64,000 nt of DNA from a virus, in IMG/VR virus record IMGVR_UViG_3300042397_002774, positions 96,927 through 160,926 of that record; one strand, given 5' to 3'. The position numbers were made by a program, and so were the translations under genes. This document shows, piece after piece, positions 47,783-58,701 of this stretch; positions within the stretch are counted from its first letter, which is position 1; each line of letters opens with the position of its first letter. The notes beneath the pieces were generated by a model. It had not been told where the DNA came from. It did not search any database and saw only the letters and a program-made list of their open reading frames with translations.

Positions 47783-50700
47783 TTATCCTGGTGTCAATTC
47801 ATCATCACCTCCACCACCACCACTTGGTGGATTTGCTGGTGGGCTTTCTGGAGGTGGCCCGCCTACTCCTCCTGGGCTACCTCCCCCTCCTGGGCTACCT
47901 GAACCTCCTGATTGGCAAGCAGAAGCATTACAACTTGAAATTGGGGTTAAACCATCCAAGCTATGTTGGAAAGTACCGTTATTATCATTATCAAAACTAA
48001 GAAGAGTAGCACATGTTGTACCAGTAAGTACATAAATTTGATTAATTTCACTTAATAAAGCATTACTAGTACTTCTACCAATTACCGTACCTGTATTATC
48101 ACATTTATCTAAAATATAATAATGATATGTTGGTCCTGCAGGTGGGCTTGCAGGTGGGCTTGCTGGAGGGCTTGCAGGTGGGCTTGCTGGAGGACTTGCC
48201 GGTGGGCTTGCTGGAGGGCTTGCAGGTGGGCTTGGGTTACAATTACAAGAAGTATTATTATATGAAATGCTTGATATAGTAGCACTTGCACCCGCTAATG
48301 TACCATTTTTAATGCAACCATTAATGACTTGTGGTCCAATACCATAAAATCCAACTACGGCTTGTTCACAACAATCTAAATAACTAACGTTACCCGCAGT
48401 ATTAACTTCAAAATTTACTGATGTTACACACGATGGGCTCGGGCTACAATCACACGATGATGGTGTAGTTCCTGTTATTGGGGTTTTTCCTGTTATATTA
48501 GAAATTATACCTTCAGACACATAACATACTCCTCCTGATTCTAATTTAGTTCCAGAACTTATAGTACCAACATAATAGAAACCATTATTATTATCTGAAC
48601 ATCTTATTAATCCAGAATAAGTTGGGCTTGGTGGGGGTGAAGGTGGAGCTGGTGCCATATTACCTTCGGCTTTAATTAAGTAATATCTACTTGAATTAGC
48701 TGTTAAGCTATAGAACGGCCAATAAGCACTTCCTGTTTCAATACTAGAAGTCGTAAATGTTAATGAACCTGTAGTATAAACAGACATTGTATGAGAAGCG
48801 GAAGGATAAGTACCAACCCATCCTGTATCGTCTGGTGGATATAAAGGTGATTGGAAAGAATATGAAGTTCCACCATGTAGTTGGATATAATTTGCTGCTG
48901 TTGAGAATAATGTAGTTATATCTTGACCACTTCCTTTAACTTTAAGATTAGTACCAACATTCTTAGACTCATCAACTAAAATAACAGCATTTAATTCTTG
49001 GCAAACTGGGTCTGAGTATCTATATTCTCTAGCTCTTACTGCTTTAGTTGTTGTTGCTGTACATCCGTTAGCATCTGCTACTGTAATATTCCATGTACCA
49101 CCAGCTAATCCACTATTTAAAACAATAGTACCTGGACTAGTAGTAGGACCTACTGATTTTGTAGTTCCTCCATTTACTGCTACAAATGTATAAGGTGAAG
49201 TTCCTCCAGTAGCTGTAACTACTAAACTACTATCACATTCATTATAAGTAACAGAAGCACTTACTGAAGATATTCCTGGTGTTGATGTAACTGTTGCACT
49301 TCCAGAAGATGTACATCCTGTACCTGTATCCGTTACAGTTAAAGTATAAGTACCACTTCCTAACCCACTAATATCTTTTGTTGTTCTAACTGGATTTGTA
49401 TTCCAAGAATATGTAAAACCATTTCCACTTCCACCTGTTACCGAAGCACTAATAGAACCTGATCCATTTCCACAATTTTCACCTGTTGGTGTTAACACTA
49501 TAGAAATAAGATTAGTAGAACTAATAGTAGCACTACCTGTAGCAGTACAACTATTAGCATCAGTTACAGTAACATTATAAGTTCCTGCAGGTAATCCTGT
49601 TGGATCTTCTACTGTTCTTACTACTGTAGATCCAGTAACCCAAGAATATGTGTATGGAGCAGTACCTCCAGAAACAGTTATACTAATAGAACCAACATCT
49701 TGACCTGGTTCAGGACAATCTACTGTTGTTGAATTTATTGTTACTGTAGGTGAAGGAGTGGATGTTATAGTAACTAAAGATGAAGTACTACAAATATCGT
49801 CTTTAACAGTTACTGTATAAGTAGCTGGTGATAGATTTGAGAATAAAGTATTTGTAGTGAATCCTTGCCAGTTACTTCCTCCATTTATTGATGCAGAATA
49901 AGGAGCTCCATAGGTGGAAGACCCAGTAACTGCTATTTTACCAATATTACCAGCACCACAAGTTATATCTGTTTTGTTTGTAGTTACAGTAAAAATATCT
50001 GCTGCTACAGTAAATGAAGAAGTAACAATTGTTCCTTCACTATCTTTAATATATAATATATTACTACCAATAGGGGCTGTTGTTGATGCTGTTGGTTGAT
50101 ACCACTCACAATTAGCTAAATTATTATAAGTTCCACCACCAATTGAATATTGATAAGGAGGAACACCATAATTTATTGAAAAAGTTACAGGTGAAACACC
50201 CCCAACACAAACAATTGGTTGGTGTGTTTTAGACATTTCTAAAGGTAACTTATAAAGTTCTAAATCAATACTAGCGGTATTACTTATTAAACAAGTATTA
50301 TCATTTACAGTGTAATATAGTTTATAATTACCTGGTGTTATTCCTAAAGTTTCACATTCATCTATAAAAAGAGAACCTGTAATTAAAGTAACATCAGGGA
50401 AGCTATATCCTGTATAAGGATATGTGACTACTGAGCCAGTAGCAAGAGCTGTAGAATTACAACTATCAATATAGTCATTAGCTAAAATATCTAATTTTTT
50501 AACTCTCTGTACGTTTAATACTCTAAAATAATCATTTATAGCATTAGGAGGAGTAGGTAAAAAACACTTATAATTTTGGTTTGTTATTACTACTAAACCT
50601 TGAGAATAAAATATATTTCCTACATGAACTTTATTTTGTAATTCAGCAATATATCCCGGAGGAGCATAATAGCCAGGTTGTACATAATATCCTGTAAAAG

Positions 50701-51208
50701 AGATATCATATATATTTCCTAAACCATCATCAGCTAGTTGATAACTACCACTTGCTGTTAATATAAAGTTATTAGGTTTTATTTGTTCACCGTAAATGTT
50801 TTGGTTAAACGACATTACTCTAATAATATCGTTAGATGAAGTAGGGAAATTATTTACAAATGATGGATTCTCATTAAAATCAAAATAAGAACCAGTAGAT
50901 ATAGTACTAGATTCTGTCATATAAGACTCATAATATAATGAATCTAATAATGAATGAGAATTGAGAATGCTGGAAGAATGATATTGGTAATATAAGTGAT
51001 TTATTTGGCGATAAACTAAAGATTCATATTGACCTTCAGTTATAGGACCATTAACTAAATCAATATCACCATTTATATTTTTACCTTTTAATATGGTAAA
51101 GTAAGCACCATCCTGAGGAACACAAGCGAAATCAAGGTCCCAGTTTTTATTAGCTGTATAAGGAACAACGAATACATCTGGAGTACTCAGTTTTTTGAAT
51201 GATGCCAT
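47783..51208 (-). CDS. Virion protein with SprB-type repeats, Cys-rich modules and Pro-rich linkers
   Basis: 'GSISITVSGGTAPYTYSW...LPAGTYNVTVTDANSC' and about four related repeats; (SPPA)n linker. Confidence 0.8.
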   Translation of the reverse strand: MASFKKLSTPDVFVVPYTANKNWDLDFACVPQDGAYFTILKGKNINGDIDLVNGPITEGQYESLVYRQINHLYYQYHSSSILNSHSLLDSLYYESYMTESSTISTGSYFDFNENPSFVNNFPTSSNDIIRVMSFNQNIYGEQIKPNNFILTASGSYQLADDGLGNIYDISFTGYYVQPGYYAPPGYIAELQNKVHVGNIFYSQGLVVITNQNYKCFLPTPPNAINDYFRVLNVQRVKKLDILANDYIDSCNSTALATGSVVTYPYTGYSFPDVTLITGSLFIDECETLGITPGNYKLYYTVNDNTCLISNTASIDLELYKLPLEMSKTHQPIVCVGGVSPVTFSINYGVPPYQYSIGGGTYNNLANCEWYQPTASTTAPIGSNILYIKDSEGTIVTSSFTVAADIFTVTTNKTDITCGAGNIGKIAVTGSSTYGAPYSASINGGSNWQGFTTNTLFSNLSPATYTVTVKDDICSTSSLVTITSTPSPTVTINSTTVDCPEPGQDVGSISITVSGGTAPYTYSWVTGSTVVRTVEDPTGLPAGTYNVTVTDANSCTATGSATISSTNLISIVLTPTGENCGNGSGSISASVTGGSGNGFTYSWNTNPVRTTKDISGLGSGTYTLTVTDTGTGCTSSGSATVTSTPGISSVSASVTYNECDSSLVVTATGGTSPYTFVAVNGGTTKSVGPTTSPGTIVLNSGLAGGTWNITVADANGCTATTTKAVRAREYRYSDPVCQELNAVILVDESKNVGTNLKVKGSGQDITTLFSTAANYIQLHGGTSYSFQSPLYPPDDTGWVGTYPSASHTMSVYTTGSLTFTTSSIETGSAYWPFYSLTANSSRYYLIKAEGNMAPAPPSPPPSPTYSGLIRCSDNNNGFYYVGTISSGTKLESGGVCYVSEGIISNITGKTPITGTTPSSCDCSPSPSCVTSVNFEVNTAGNVSYLDCCEQAVVGFYGIGPQVINGCIKNGTLAGASATISSISYNNTSCNCNPSPPASPPASPPASPPASPPASPPASPPASPPAGPTYHYYILDKCDNTGTVIGRSTSNALLSEINQIYVLTGTTCATLLSFDNDNNGTFQHSLDGLTPISSCNASACQSGGSGSPGGGGSPGGVGGPPPESPPANPPSGGGGGDDELTPG
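48133..48236 (-). repeat. 12-nt coding tandem repeat, (SPPA) x about 8
   Basis: Repeats of AGCCCACCTGCA/AGCCCTCCAGCA on the minus strand. Confidence 0.9.
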
Positions 51209-51228
51209 TTAATAACATTTCTTTTATA

Positions 51229-52185
51229 CTAGTAGTCTAACTTAATACGAATTAATGCTTCTTTAGTAAAGTCTTTTACTAATGGTTTGCTTAATTTAGC
51301 AACTGCTAATAATTCATTATTATCGTTATATAACCCTACAGTTGTGATATAAGTTTGTGGATTATCAATTAATGTAGTATACAAAATATTTCCTGTACTA
51401 TCAATAATTGATGGATTTGAAGTATAATTATATTCACTGTTCTTAATTCTTGTAAAGAAGAAACGTGATGAAATAGTTTCTGAAGATTGTAATCTAAATA
51501 ATCTTCCGGCTGTTGTAGCACCTAATATAGAAGTATATAATTTAGCATTATTATTTTCATAAGTATTTGCTGTTACAGCAGGTGCTGTCATGTATCCTGT
51601 TAATGCACCGGGGTTTAGAACGATTAAGCCTAAATCAGGGAACATATGACCATATACTGTTGTGTTAGCAGGTGTTCCTGCAGATCCACTAACAATATTA
51701 AAATATCTATTACTATCAATAAATTGACTAGTAGTTAAAACAGTACTATTATCTGTTAAAGAAATAATTCCAGAGCTTCCACTTAATGCTAAGGTTAAAG
51801 AACCAGGATGTAAAGATTCTTTATATCGAGATCTTGCTACGTTAATTACATAAAATTGACTTACAGTAGAACCTCCAATTTGGAAAGTTGCTTCTTCACT
51901 ACCATAAATTAGGTTTCTATATTGCCCATATACAACTTTAGTAGAAGTAGAACTAGTTACGCTTGAGTTAAAATAAGTTGAGCCTGAACCAGAAATATGT
52001 GCATATTCAATAGAAAATGCTACTTCCCCTGCATTATATACATCTAAATAAAATTTTGAAGCAGCTGCTTGAGTTGATGAAGTAGCCACGGCTGATAATG
52101 TAGCACTATCTCCACTCCATAAACCACGTACTACGGTTTCTGAGCTTATTACTGAATCTTCTGTGTTGTATCTATTAAATGACAT
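51229..52185 (-). CDS. Virion (tail/baseplate) protein
   Basis: C-terminal 'YITTVGLYNDNNELLAVAKLSKP' resembles tail-collar/fibre-attachment modules. Confidence 0.7.
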   Translation of the reverse strand: MSFNRYNTEDSVISSETVVRGLWSGDSATLSAVATSSTQAAASKFYLDVYNAGEVAFSIEYAHISGSGSTYFNSSVTSSTSTKVVYGQYRNLIYGSEEATFQIGGSTVSQFYVINVARSRYKESLHPGSLTLALSGSSGIISLTDNSTVLTTSQFIDSNRYFNIVSGSAGTPANTTVYGHMFPDLGLIVLNPGALTGYMTAPAVTANTYENNNAKLYTSILGATTAGRLFRLQSSETISSRFFFTRIKNSEYNYTSNPSIIDSTGNILYTTLIDNPQTYITTVGLYNDNNELLAVAKLSKPLVKDFTKEALIRIKLDY

Positions 52186-52192
52186 ATGTTAA

Positions 52193-52852
52193 TTAATTAA
52201 CTTTTTGAATGATTAAAGGAACTGTAATTCTAGAACCACTATCTCTACCAGTTACAGTAATTGTAGTAGTCAATGAAGTGGCAGTAGAACCAAACAATGT
52301 GTTAATTGTAGTTCCAGTTAATGTAAATGAAGTACCAATTTCTGCTTTAGATAATTTAGTACCGCTTGTTGTATTTAATGTATTATTACCTACTGTAGCA
52401 CCAGTAATACCAGCACCTCTAAAAGTAGAAACTAAACGAACATCAGCAACACTCATTACATATCCATTAGTTTCAAAAGTACTATTTGCACCTAGATAAT
52501 TTAATGTTTGAGGAGTAATACTTAAAGAAGCACCTTGTTTCAAAATTATTGAAGTAGAACCTAAAGAAATAACAGGCATTTTGCTTGTACCTCTTGGTAA
52601 GGTTACTAATTTATAACGCATGATTTGAGCTTCATCTGGGAAAGCTTCAATGATAGGCATAGCTTCAATTGCTTCACCATAATATGCTGAGCCTGATGGA
52701 TGGGTTGGGTTATATAAAGTATAATCAACTTCATCATCTGCTAATGAAAATTGTGTAATCTGGAATGAGCCGTCATTACGAGCCAACAGTTCGCGGCCCT
52801 TTTTGGTTAAAACCGCATCGACAGTTACAAAAGAAGGATTTAATATTGCCAT
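52193..52852 (-). CDS. Virion (baseplate-region) protein
   Basis: 'DAVLTKKGRELLA...ITQFSLADDEVDY'; structural context. Confidence 0.65.
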   Translation of the reverse strand: MAILNPSFVTVDAVLTKKGRELLARNDGSFQITQFSLADDEVDYTLYNPTHPSGSAYYGEAIEAMPIIEAFPDEAQIMRYKLVTLPRGTSKMPVISLGSTSIILKQGASLSITPQTLNYLGANSTFETNGYVMSVADVRLVSTFRGAGITGATVGNNTLNTTSGTKLSKAEIGTSFTLTGTTINTLFGSTATSLTTTITVTGRDSGSRITVPLIIQKVN

Positions 52853-52896
52853 AGTTTATTAGTTACTGTATATAAATATACAAGTTTTAAATTTTA

Positions 52897-55800
52897 TTAT
52901 AATGTACCACCATCCATACCACCACCTTCAATCATTTTTGTTTTTACTTCGCGGGTGATTTTATCAATGTTTGCAAATACATCTGGGTGGATATCATCAG
53001 GGATGATAAAGCCGTATGATGTTTTACCATCACGTTTTATAAAGTTTATAATGGTATTTGTTTCGTCTTTTACTCTTTTTAGAAATACTATTTTTGTATA
53101 TTTACTTGGATCTTCAAAATCATTAGCTTTAGCACTATTATCAAATGCCGGAGAAATATCTAAGACTAATTTAGAGTTTATAGTTCTAGTATTTAAAATT
53201 CTATATTCAGATACTTGCCCACTAGTGTTGTGGTGAACTATCATATCATAATATCCGGGTGTAAATGCATAATCAACATCTCCATAAGTTGGATATAAAG
53301 AATGCTGAGTTAACCCAGATCCTGTTGGAGGAACTGGAACAAAATCATACCCTAGAAAACTAGTTAATTGAGTATTTAAAGTAATACTACTAGTAATCGA
53401 TCCTGAGGTGAATTGTACAGAATCAATAAACCCAGTACTTCCAGTAGTTGCACTAGGTAATTGATCTAATTGATTTGATACTGATTTTATTTTTAATAAT
53501 CCTCTAGTATTAAATGTAGCAATATAATTAGTTGCAGATAAATTCTTTTGTTTTATTCTAAATTCAATATTAGCATCTTTATCTAAATTTTGTTGTAATA
53601 GTGCATTAAGATTAATAGTTGTGGATTCAGCAACACTATATATGTTAGGAATTTCATACAAATTATAAGTGTCATAGTATTCATAATAACTATAAGAGTC
53701 ACAAGGAAATGTTTGACCAAATCCTCCAAAACATTGACCTGTATCTCTCCACATTGTTATACTTTCTTGCAACCCCCATAGTGATTTACTGTTTGAGAAA
53801 GATGGGAAACAGTTATTACAATCATTTTGGTTTGGAGGTGTTACAGTATCAAATACATTATACCCATAAATCCATTGCCCTTTGTTAAATATAATTGTAC
53901 CAACTGAATTTACTATGTCTGTAGTTAATTGATATGGGTATCCTTGATAAGTAAATGTTTCACTACCACCTCCATAATTTTGATAAAATACACCCCCTCC
54001 AGTAAATTGAGTGCCAAGAACTTGATCTAATATTGATACAATTTTAGTATCACTTGCTATAACTGTGCTTCCACTTACAATTTCTAAAGACCAAGTAACG
54101 TCTCCTCCATCAGACATGGTAATTGCTAAATCAACACTTGCTGTAATATTATATAATCCTGTTTCAGGAACTGAGTATGATGGGTAAGTATTTGGAGTTA
54201 ATGTACCAACATGATAGTCAGCTAATGAATTAATATCTTTAGTTACTGTTGTAAATACATTAAATATAGTTTTATCTGATCCTGTTGTAAACAAAGGATA
54301 ATCTGGTGAACCTCCTAATGAACTAGTAATAAGACCTATAGAATGGGTAGCTTCTAATTCTTTAGAAATATTACCAATTTGTGATTGGAAATATAAAATA
54401 CTATCACTTCCGCTAAGGTATAGTAATGGAGCATATGAATATCCACTTTCAAATATTAATTTAGTTCCATCTAAATTTTTCTGGTTGCTATATTTTTGAT
54501 TATCAAATAATGAAACGTCTAAAGTATCGTTTGTGGGGAATGTCCTTTGAACTTCCTCCCAATTTTTGTTACGTTGGTTTAATTCAGTTAAATTTCCTTC
54601 TTCATCTACAAGATACTTAGTTACTACATTATTTCTATTTGGCAAAAATTTGCTTTTAACTACTTCAGAAAATAAACCTAATTTTCTAACTTGATTATCT
54701 ATAGCAGCCGTTTTACCAAATGATATATCTCCGTCAGTATAATCGTTATATGTTGTACTTGTTAACTTAACACCACTATGTCTAGAACGTTCAAATGATT
54801 TTAAAGATTCATTACTATCTTGAACATCTGTTTGTACTTGAATTTGAGAACTTTGTTGTAAAGTACCACTTATATAAGAATATATTGGAGTTATTTTAGA
54901 TACCTTTGTTGAAGGTCTACCTAAAACAGAATTATTTAAAATAACATTAAAATCAGTATGTTCAAATTCATATGAACTTGAAGTTGTAGTTTTTAAAAAT
55001 GGGTTTGGATTAGTAATTTCAAAAGTTTCATTAATATCAGGCCAACTACCACTTAATTCTCCACTATAAAATGCTTCTCTATTACCAGGCAATAAACTAT
55101 ATAAATAATCATTATCCTCAGTAATTACCGGCCCATTATAATTTGCTTCATGTATTGTTTGATTAGTAATATTAGGTTGTAATCTTTTAAACTTAATTCT
55201 TTCTAAATTTTGTGGACGAATAGTAATACCGGTTAATAACGTAGATCTCCCAGGTACATAATCCTTCAACATTTTAAATAAAGAATTATCAAAAAATTTA
55301 ATTAACCCAATAAAACCAGCATAATCAAACTCTGTTGTAAAACTTGAAGTTATATGAGATTGTCTTAAAGTATTTAATGTAGGATAACTTCCACTAAGTT
55401 CAAATCGAGGATCACCAACATAGTTGTCAATCTCAAAATTAGAAATAACAGAAGAAATAGATGATGATAAAACGTTATCTATTTCATTTTGAGGTGAGAA
55501 TGAAATATCAATCTTGTGATAATCAGTTGATCTAACTGATGTAATATTGGTTGATTCTTCTTCAAGACGTACATAAGGAGATAAAACACTTCCTGTAATT
55601 TGAGTAGAGATAACTCTAATTTTATCATTATTACTATCTAGTAATGTATTTTGTTTAGTATTACCACCATATTCTTTAATAGGTAAAATACTACCTGTAA
55701 TACCAAATATATTAACTAAATGATCTAATCCTTTATTACTACCCTTTGAGCTAAATAGTAAAGGAATATTATGATATATTCTTTTATATACTTCAGCAAC

Positions 55801-57303
55801 TAAATCTTTTTTAGGAATATTGTTTAAATTACCAATACTTCCACTATTAGCTCCCAATAAAGCTAAATCTAAATCTACATCTGCTTTACTATTATATAAA
55901 TGAACTCCTAATGATTGTAAAGCATGGAATACAATATCTTTAGATATACCTTCTTCAAGATTATTCTCGTTTTTATATAAATCGGTTACTGATTTTAAAT
56001 AAATCCATATATTATCAAAATACTGACCCATCATATTAACAAATGTTAAGTATGGAGTATTTTCTGGATCTTCAAGAAGATAGCTAGGAATGAGTTGTAT
56101 TAAATGGTCTTGATTATCTAAATCATAATCTTGTGCTGCTATTATTCTATTATTATACCAGTTAGTAACAACAGATGATGTTACTGGTTGTAAAATAAAA
56201 GGTTTTGTACTTGTTGTTTTTGGATAAGCGTATGAGCTTGATTCAAAATACATATATTTTTCATATCCATCAAATCCAGTAATAATTGAATTAATACTTG
56301 ATGAATAGTATGCTAATTCAGTTGCTTTATTTGCTAAATTACTAGAATTTATAATTGATGATGTAACTTCATATTTTTGGATTGTAGTAACTTTACTTAC
56401 AAAATTTGAAATTCTACTCTCGGCTGAACTGAATCTAATAAAATCATCAAAATTTGTATAGTCTGTATTAAGATCAATAGATCCTTCTAAATACTGATTA
56501 ATAAAATTATGATTAGAACCTGTTAATTGATTAACTAAACTATTGTAATTATGGTAAGGTGTACTTAAATTATTAAAATCTACTTTAACACTAAAATTAG
56601 GTCCTTTAATAGTAGGAGCTGCATCTAATATTAGTAATCTATCTAAGTTAATATTAAAATTATAACTATCAATAATTTCATCTACAATCCAAAAAGTATC
56701 TTTTATAGAAATACTTTCTGAGAGTGGTTTGTAGAATTTGATTAAGATATAGAATGTGTCTTCTGTTGTATCTAGATCAATATTGATAATAACAGGTGTA
56801 TTATTTCTACTAAAGTTTGCTAAATAGTACTTTAAATAAGGAGTATTATTAATCTCATTAATTAAAATATCTGTTTGTTCTTTTATTAAATCATTATTTA
56901 AAAAAGTAGAACCTACTCTAATTTCTGTTCTATCATCAGATATTTCTTTAATAAAAAGCGGTGAAACTGGTGTTCCTATTTTATTTCTAAAAAAGTTATA
57001 TATTACTCGAAATTCACCATTATTATATTGTTGTTTTAAATCTTCTACAGGATCTATTTCTAAAGAAGAATAAGTACCATCTAGATTTAAAGCGACATCT
57101 GAGGGAGATTTGTATGATAGGTAGGAATAAGATTGGGATAAAATCTTACCCAAAGCATCAGTAATATGGTATTCTATATAATCATTTGCTAATCCAAAAT
57201 TATTTGCAATAATATTTTGGCCTAGTAAAGCAATATCTTTCTCATCAAATCTATTTGTTTGAGTAGTACTATTAATATTCCCTATGATCCTTATTTCAGC
57301 CAT
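52897..57303 (-). CDS. Large baseplate-associated structural protein
   Basis: 1468 aa; 'LIPSYL...FVNMMGQYFDNIWIY...VYKRIYHNIPLLFSSKG' wedge-like region. Confidence 0.65.
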   Translation of the reverse strand: MAEIRIIGNINSTTQTNRFDEKDIALLGQNIIANNFGLANDYIEYHITDALGKILSQSYSYLSYKSPSDVALNLDGTYSSLEIDPVEDLKQQYNNGEFRVIYNFFRNKIGTPVSPLFIKEISDDRTEIRVGSTFLNNDLIKEQTDILINEINNTPYLKYYLANFSRNNTPVIINIDLDTTEDTFYILIKFYKPLSESISIKDTFWIVDEIIDSYNFNINLDRLLILDAAPTIKGPNFSVKVDFNNLSTPYHNYNSLVNQLTGSNHNFINQYLEGSIDLNTDYTNFDDFIRFSSAESRISNFVSKVTTIQKYEVTSSIINSSNLANKATELAYYSSSINSIITGFDGYEKYMYFESSSYAYPKTTSTKPFILQPVTSSVVTNWYNNRIIAAQDYDLDNQDHLIQLIPSYLLEDPENTPYLTFVNMMGQYFDNIWIYLKSVTDLYKNENNLEEGISKDIVFHALQSLGVHLYNSKADVDLDLALLGANSGSIGNLNNIPKKDLVAEVYKRIYHNIPLLFSSKGSNKGLDHLVNIFGITGSILPIKEYGGNTKQNTLLDSNNDKIRVISTQITGSVLSPYVRLEEESTNITSVRSTDYHKIDISFSPQNEIDNVLSSSISSVISNFEIDNYVGDPRFELSGSYPTLNTLRQSHITSSFTTEFDYAGFIGLIKFFDNSLFKMLKDYVPGRSTLLTGITIRPQNLERIKFKRLQPNITNQTIHEANYNGPVITEDNDYLYSLLPGNREAFYSGELSGSWPDINETFEITNPNPFLKTTTSSSYEFEHTDFNVILNNSVLGRPSTKVSKITPIYSYISGTLQQSSQIQVQTDVQDSNESLKSFERSRHSGVKLTSTTYNDYTDGDISFGKTAAIDNQVRKLGLFSEVVKSKFLPNRNNVVTKYLVDEEGNLTELNQRNKNWEEVQRTFPTNDTLDVSLFDNQKYSNQKNLDGTKLIFESGYSYAPLLYLSGSDSILYFQSQIGNISKELEATHSIGLITSSLGGSPDYPLFTTGSDKTIFNVFTTVTKDINSLADYHVGTLTPNTYPSYSVPETGLYNITASVDLAITMSDGGDVTWSLEIVSGSTVIASDTKIVSILDQVLGTQFTGGGVFYQNYGGGSETFTYQGYPYQLTTDIVNSVGTIIFNKGQWIYGYNVFDTVTPPNQNDCNNCFPSFSNSKSLWGLQESITMWRDTGQCFGGFGQTFPCDSYSYYEYYDTYNLYEIPNIYSVAESTTINLNALLQQNLDKDANIEFRIKQKNLSATNYIATFNTRGLLKIKSVSNQLDQLPSATTGSTGFIDSVQFTSGSITSSITLNTQLTSFLGYDFVPVPPTGSGLTQHSLYPTYGDVDYAFTPGYYDMIVHHNTSGQVSEYRILNTRTINSKLVLDISPAFDNSAKANDFEDPSKYTKIVFLKRVKDETNTIINFIKRDGKTSYGFIIPDDIHPDVFANIDKITREVKTKMIEGGGMDGGTL

Positions 57304-57632
57304 TATTTTTTATTATTTGTGTAATCCGTAATAATTGTTTTTGCTTCTAAAAGTTGTTGTCTTAAAGAAGTAATTTCATCAAGCAATGCTTGAATATCTA
57401 AATCATCAGCTAATTTAACTCCCAAATATTCGGCTTCTTTATTTAAAATATATCTATGAGATTCAACTTCATCTTCTTTAGGAATTTGATAAAATAACTC
57501 CTCATACAATTGAAAAAAATCTTCAATAGTAAAATCAGGAGTCGCATTAATTCTAGAAAAAAAACTAAAATTTGTGTCTAATACACTTTCATTCCTTCCT
57601 AAAATAGTTTTATCAACTTTTATATTAGCCAT
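57303..57632 (-). CDS. Hypothetical protein
   Basis: 109 aa; coupled to both neighbours. Confidence 0.7.
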   Translation of the reverse strand: MANIKVDKTILGRNESVLDTNFSFFSRINATPDFTIEDFFQLYEELFYQIPKEDEVESHRYILNKEAEYLGVKLADDLDIQALLDEITSLRQQLLEAKTIITDYTNNKK

Positions 57633-58699
57633 TATCTAATTACTTTAAAAATATAATCTTCATCAAATACAATAGTTGAACCATCAATTACTGATTTAAT
57701 CAAAATCTTGTAGAATCTTTCAGGTTGTAACCCATTCATATGAACTGTAAAGAAACTTGAAGTAGGATCAGCACTTATTTTAGTATAATTAGTATCAAAA
57801 TCAACTACCCATTCATCTGTATCTAAATCTTTAATAGCCCAATATGATGAACTAGGTAATAACTTAGACCCAGTTATATACAATTGGTTAGTATTAAATG
57901 TTCTTGGTGGATATTGATCTCTAACTCCTAATCTAAATTTATTAACCGAATCTTGTTGAAATTCAGATTTGTTATTCTTTAAAGAAACAACAGCTTTATG
58001 ATTATTAGTTACAGTTAAACTACCAGTAACGAATGTACTATCATTCCATCTAATTTCCAAACAAGGAGGATAAATAGTATGAGTATCTGATGAAAAATAT
58101 TTTAACTCGAATGGTGAACTTCCTGTTGAAAATTCTATACTACTTGAATGTTTTAATATAAAACCCTCATTTTGTATTTTTACAGAAGCAAATGGATTTG
58201 TTTCATAAGCATAAAACGCAGCTACAGTTGATGTAACATCTATTTCAATGTCTTTTTCATCACTATTAGTAAATGATTGAGAAGATGTTGGGGTTGTATG
58301 CCAATCACCACCTCCACTTATCCAAGTGTTTACTACAGTTTTATTACTCCAACTTACACCATCTGTTGTAGATGGAGAATTTGCTAAACGACCTGTACCA
58401 ACATCCCAAGATCCTGAAATAGGATGACACATTATTCTATAATCTGTTGGGATTTCAGAAGCATTTGCTAAATATAGTTTTAGATATGCTTTGTAATTAC
58501 TTCCAGACACTTTATTTGAAATAATATCACTTATTTCACTTGTTGAAAATTTAATAAGAGCTCTAGAAGATTCTCTTGTATTTGTGAATGCACTTTCAAA
58601 TGTGCTAATTTCTAGAATCTCGTCTATCCCTGTATTAACTGCAGGGTAATATGAGAAAATTGTTGCGTCCTTTTCAGGGAATAATTTATATACGGCCAT
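57632..58699 (-). CDS. Virion protein with DNRLRE/CBM-like beta domain
   Basis: 'KDATI...NTG.DEILEI', 'SRALIKF', 'IDVTSTV', 'NEGFILK', 'YPPCLEIRW'. Confidence 0.55.
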   Translation of the reverse strand: MAVYKLFPEKDATIFSYYPAVNTGIDEILEISTFESAFTNTRESSRALIKFSTSEISDIISNKVSGSNYKAYLKLYLANASEIPTDYRIMCHPISGSWDVGTGRLANSPSTTDGVSWSNKTVVNTWISGGGDWHTTPTSSQSFTNSDEKDIEIDVTSTVAAFYAYETNPFASVKIQNEGFILKHSSSIEFSTGSSPFELKYFSSDTHTIYPPCLEIRWNDSTFVTGSLTVTNNHKAVVSLKNNKSEFQQDSVNKFRLGVRDQYPPRTFNTNQLYITGSKLLPSSSYWAIKDLDTDEWVVDFDTNYTKISADPTSSFFTVHMNGLQPERFYKILIKSVIDGSTIVFDEDYIFKVIR

Positions 58700-58701
58700 G
58701 T

